A DNA stretch of 64,000 bases. Source: Thermoanaerobaculia bacterium (GTDB lineage: Bacteria > Acidobacteriota > Thermoanaerobaculia > Multivoradales > Multivoraceae). A program made the position numbers and the translations under genes. Positions 61,401 to 64,000 of the stretch are shown one piece after another. The notes beneath the pieces were generated by a model. The model saw only the letters and a list, made by a program, of their open reading frames with translations, had not been told where the DNA came from and did no database searches. The DNA is taken from NCBI GenBank assembly GCA_965116955.1, contig OZ220742.1, forward strand, positions 3,038,542 to 3,102,541. The letters run 5' to 3'. How positions within the stretch are numbered: the first letter of the stretch is position 1; every line of letters starts with the position of its first letter.

Positions 61401-61479
61401 AGATCGACGCAGCGACCTTTCTCGGCCGGCCATCCAGTTCAAGGGTGCGCCGGCTTTCTTGTATCCGGAGGATCCCTCC

Positions 61480-62640
61480 ATGCCTTCCCATCCAGCCATC
61501 ATCGAGTCGACCCTGCGCGAGGGTGAGCAGTTCGCCAACGCCTTCTTCGACAGCGACCAGAAGGTGGAGATAGCGCGCCTGCTGGACGCGTTCGGGGTCG
61601 AGTATCTCGAGTTGACTTCGCCTGCCGCGAGTCGCGGCAGCCGGGACGACTGCGAGCGGGTGGCGAACCTCGGGCTCCGCGCCAAGGTTCTGACGCACAC
61701 TCGCTGCCACCTGGACGACGCCAGGCTGGCGCTCGAAACCGGCGTCGACGGGATCGACGTCGTGTTCGGCACTTCCCGCTACCTGCGGGAGTACTCCCAC
61801 GGCAAGAGCATGGAGCAGGTGATCGAGACGGCGGTCGAAGTGGTCGAGTACATCCGCTCGCACGATGTCGAGGTCCGTTTCAGCACGGAGGACTCGTTCC
61901 GCAGCGATCTGGAGGATTTGATCCGCGCCTACCGCGCGGTCAACGCGGTCGGCGTGAACCGGGTCGGCGTCGCCGACACGGTGGGCGTGGCGAGTCCCAG
62001 GCAGGTCTACGACCTGGTGCGGCGGTTGCGACGGGAGGTCGACTGCGACATCGAGTTCCACGGCCACAACGACACCGGCTGCGCGGTCGCCAACGCGTTC
62101 TGCGCGCTGGAAGCGGGCGCGACCCATGTCGACACGTCCGTGCTGGGCATCGGCGAGCGGAACGGCATCACGCCGCTCGGGGGTTTGGTGGCGCGGCTCT
62201 ACGCCGAGGATCCCGAAGGCGTGCGCGCCCGCTACGACCTGCCGCTTCTCCGCGAGATCGAGAACTACGTCGCCTCCCTGGTCGAGGTCGACGTGCCGTT
62301 CAACAACTACATCACCGGCTACACGGCCTTCACTCACAAGGCGGGCATCCACGCCAAGGCGATCCTCAACGACCCGTCGAGCTACGAGATCCTCGATCCG
62401 GCCGACTTCGGGCTCGACCGTTACGTCCACGTCGCGCATCGCCTCACCGGTTGGAACGCGATCAAGTCCCGCGTCGAGCAGTTGCGGCTCGATCTGAGCG
62501 ATACGCAGATCAAGGAGATCACGGCCCACATCAAGGCGCTGGCCGATGAGAAACCGCTCAGCCTGTCGGACGTTGACGCCCTGCTGCGCGAGTACCACAC
62601 GGCGGAGTTGTTGCCTGCGGTGGCGGGAGCGGCCGGGTGA
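61480..62640 (+). CDS. homocitrate synthase (alpha-aminoadipate lysine pathway type; LeuA/NifV family)
   Basis: Near-collinear match to Thermus HCS ([53 protein letters not shown]). GGAGG RBS 9 nt upstream of the ATG. Confidence 0.85.
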   Translation: MPSHPAIIESTLREGEQFANAFFDSDQKVEIARLLDAFGVEYLELTSPAASRGSRDDCERVANLGLRAKVLTHTRCHLDDARLALETGVDGIDVVFGTSRYLREYSHGKSMEQVIETAVEVVEYIRSHDVEVRFSTEDSFRSDLEDLIRAYRAVNAVGVNRVGVADTVGVASPRQVYDLVRRLRREVDCDIEFHGHNDTGCAVANAFCALEAGATHVDTSVLGIGERNGITPLGGLVARLYAEDPEGVRARYDLPLLREIENYVASLVEVDVPFNNYITGYTAFTHKAGIHAKAILNDPSSYEILDPADFGLDRYVHVAHRLTGWNAIKSRVEQLRLDLSDTQIKEITAHIKALADEKPLSLSDVDALLREYHTAELLPAVAGAAG

Positions 62641-63992
62641 CCGAGGCCGGTCGGCCGGCCGACAACGTCCGGACCTTCGCGCAGAAGGCGCTGGCCCGAG
62701 CCAGCGGCAACGAGTCGGTTGCCGTCGGAGAGATCGTCGACGCACGGCCGGACATCGCCTTGAGCCACGACAACACGGCGCCGATCGCCGAGATCTGGCG
62801 CCAGTTCGGCCGAGATCGGGTGGCGATCCCGGAGCGGATGGCGGTCACCCTCGACCACGCGGTGCCGGCGCCGACCGTGCGGCACGCCCGGAATCATGCC
62901 GAGGTGCGTGCCTTCGTCGCCGAGCAGGGCATCGGCCACTTCTTCGAGGTTGGTCGCGGTATCTGCCACCAGGTTCTGAGCGAGGAGGCGGTCGTGCTGC
63001 CCGGAGACCTGATCCTGGGTTCGGATTCCCACACGCCGCACTTCGGCTGGCTGGGGGCGTTCGGCGCCGGTGTGGGCCGCAGCGAGATGGCGGTCCTCTG
63101 GGCTACCGGCGAGCTCTGGCTCAGAGTGCCGGAGTCGCTCCGGATCCGGCTCGAGGGCGGGCTCGGCGAATGGGTGACGACGAAGGACGTGGCCTTGACC
63201 CTGATCGGCGATCTGGGCGCGGATGGCGCGCTCTACCGGAGCGTCGAGTTCGAGGGACCGGCCATCGCCGACCTGAGCCTGGACTCGCGCGCGGCGCTGG
63301 TCAACATGATGGCCGAGATGGGGGCGAAGAACGCGTACATGCCGCCGGACGAGGACGTGTTCCAGTACCTGGCTGAACGGTTGCTGACACGTCCGGGGCG
63401 TCGCCCGGGGCGCGGGGCGGAACCCGGTGAGACGTCCGGCGAGGTCGCCGTCCGGCTCAGAGAGCGAGTTCTCTATCCGGATGCCGGCGCGGAGTACGCG
63501 GCTGAACATCTGTTCGACCTGTCGTCGGTCCAGCCCCAGGTCGCGCGGCCGCACCAGGTCGACGACACGGTGGGAGTCGGCGAGCTCGAATCGGTGCGGG
63601 TGGACCAGGCGTTCGTCGGCACCTGCACGAACGGCCGGCTGGAGGATCTCGGCGCGGTCCATCGGGTGATGGCCGGCCGGCGTACGGCGCCTGGCACCCG
63701 GATGGTCATCGTGCCCGCGTCGAGCGAGGTCTGGAGCGAGGCCCTGGCTCGCGGCTGGGTCGCGGATCTCGTCGCCGCCGGCGCTGTGTTCGGGACCCCG
63801 GGCTGCGGCCCGTGCATGGGCAACCATCTCGGCGTGCTGGCCCCGGGCGAGGTCTGCATCTCCAGCGCAAACCGGAACTTCCAGGGCCGAATGGGAGACC
63901 GCGGCGCCGAGATCTACCTGGCCTCTCCCGCCGTCGTGGCGGCGAGCGCGATCGCCGGGCGGATCGTCCATCCGCGGGAGATGGCCGAGTGA
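62637..63992 (+). CDS. homoaconitase / 3-isopropylmalate dehydratase large subunit (aconitase family, LysT/LeuC-like)
   Basis: Aconitase-family Cys ligand blocks ([18 protein letters not shown]) and SDSHTPH. GTG start overlaps the HCS stop (GTGA). Confidence 0.85.
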   Translation: MTEAGRPADNVRTFAQKALARASGNESVAVGEIVDARPDIALSHDNTAPIAEIWRQFGRDRVAIPERMAVTLDHAVPAPTVRHARNHAEVRAFVAEQGIGHFFEVGRGICHQVLSEEAVVLPGDLILGSDSHTPHFGWLGAFGAGVGRSEMAVLWATGELWLRVPESLRIRLEGGLGEWVTTKDVALTLIGDLGADGALYRSVEFEGPAIADLSLDSRAALVNMMAEMGAKNAYMPPDEDVFQYLAERLLTRPGRRPGRGAEPGETSGEVAVRLRERVLYPDAGAEYAAEHLFDLSSVQPQVARPHQVDDTVGVGELESVRVDQAFVGTCTNGRLEDLGAVHRVMAGRRTAPGTRMVIVPASSEVWSEALARGWVADLVAAGAVFGTPGCGPCMGNHLGVLAPGEVCISSANRNFQGRMGDRGAEIYLASPAVVAASAIAGRIVHPREMAE

Positions 63993-64000
63993 ACGGTCCC

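Noticed and set aside
61390-63971. Minus-strand ORFs 61390-62745 and 62421-63971
   Set aside because: Antisense to homocitrate synthase and homoaconitase, which have near-collinear matches to characterised enzymes.

Overview
High-GC (roughly 70% by eye) bacterial chromosomal window from a diderm organism, judged from OM beta-barrel proteins, a TonB-dependent receptor and lipoproteins. Taxon is uncertain; the gene repertoire (Oar-like TonB receptor, Bat operon, AAA-type lysine genes) would fit Gemmatimonadota/Acidobacteriota-like lineages. Most of the window is housekeeping: fabI, rnd, efp-epmA, lepA, ddl, a metB-like gene behind a SAM-I riboswitch, homocitrate synthase with homoaconitase, a MoxR/Bat aerotolerance-like operon, a TonB-dependent receptor, and assorted peptidases and hydrolases. 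Two accessory regions stand out. (1) At about 18.6-24.4 kb, a standalone EVE-domain gene sits divergent from a co-directional Xre/DUF2384 antitoxin - RES toxin - 1333-aa SIR2-domain (DSR-like) gene trio. This is a candidate NAD+-targeting defense module that I cannot match to a described system. (2) At about 31.9-39.1 kb, a visibly lower-GC insertion is bracketed by a degraded duplicate of the hemW 5' end and the intact hemW. It carries an IS3/IS481-family transposase remnant, a 1388-aa multidomain secreted S8 subtilase with a separately encoded I9-like propeptide ORF, and a frameshifted IS630 transposase. Other points of interest are two divergent DUF3604 paralogs sharing a 15-bp palindrome, a tandem pair of PQQ-dependent dehydrogenases (one with an extra C-terminal domain), and a possible lysine-containing leader ORF upstream of homocitrate synthase. 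Many long antisense ORFs in the track are typical high-GC artefacts and were rejected. No tRNA, rRNA or CRISPR array was recognised.
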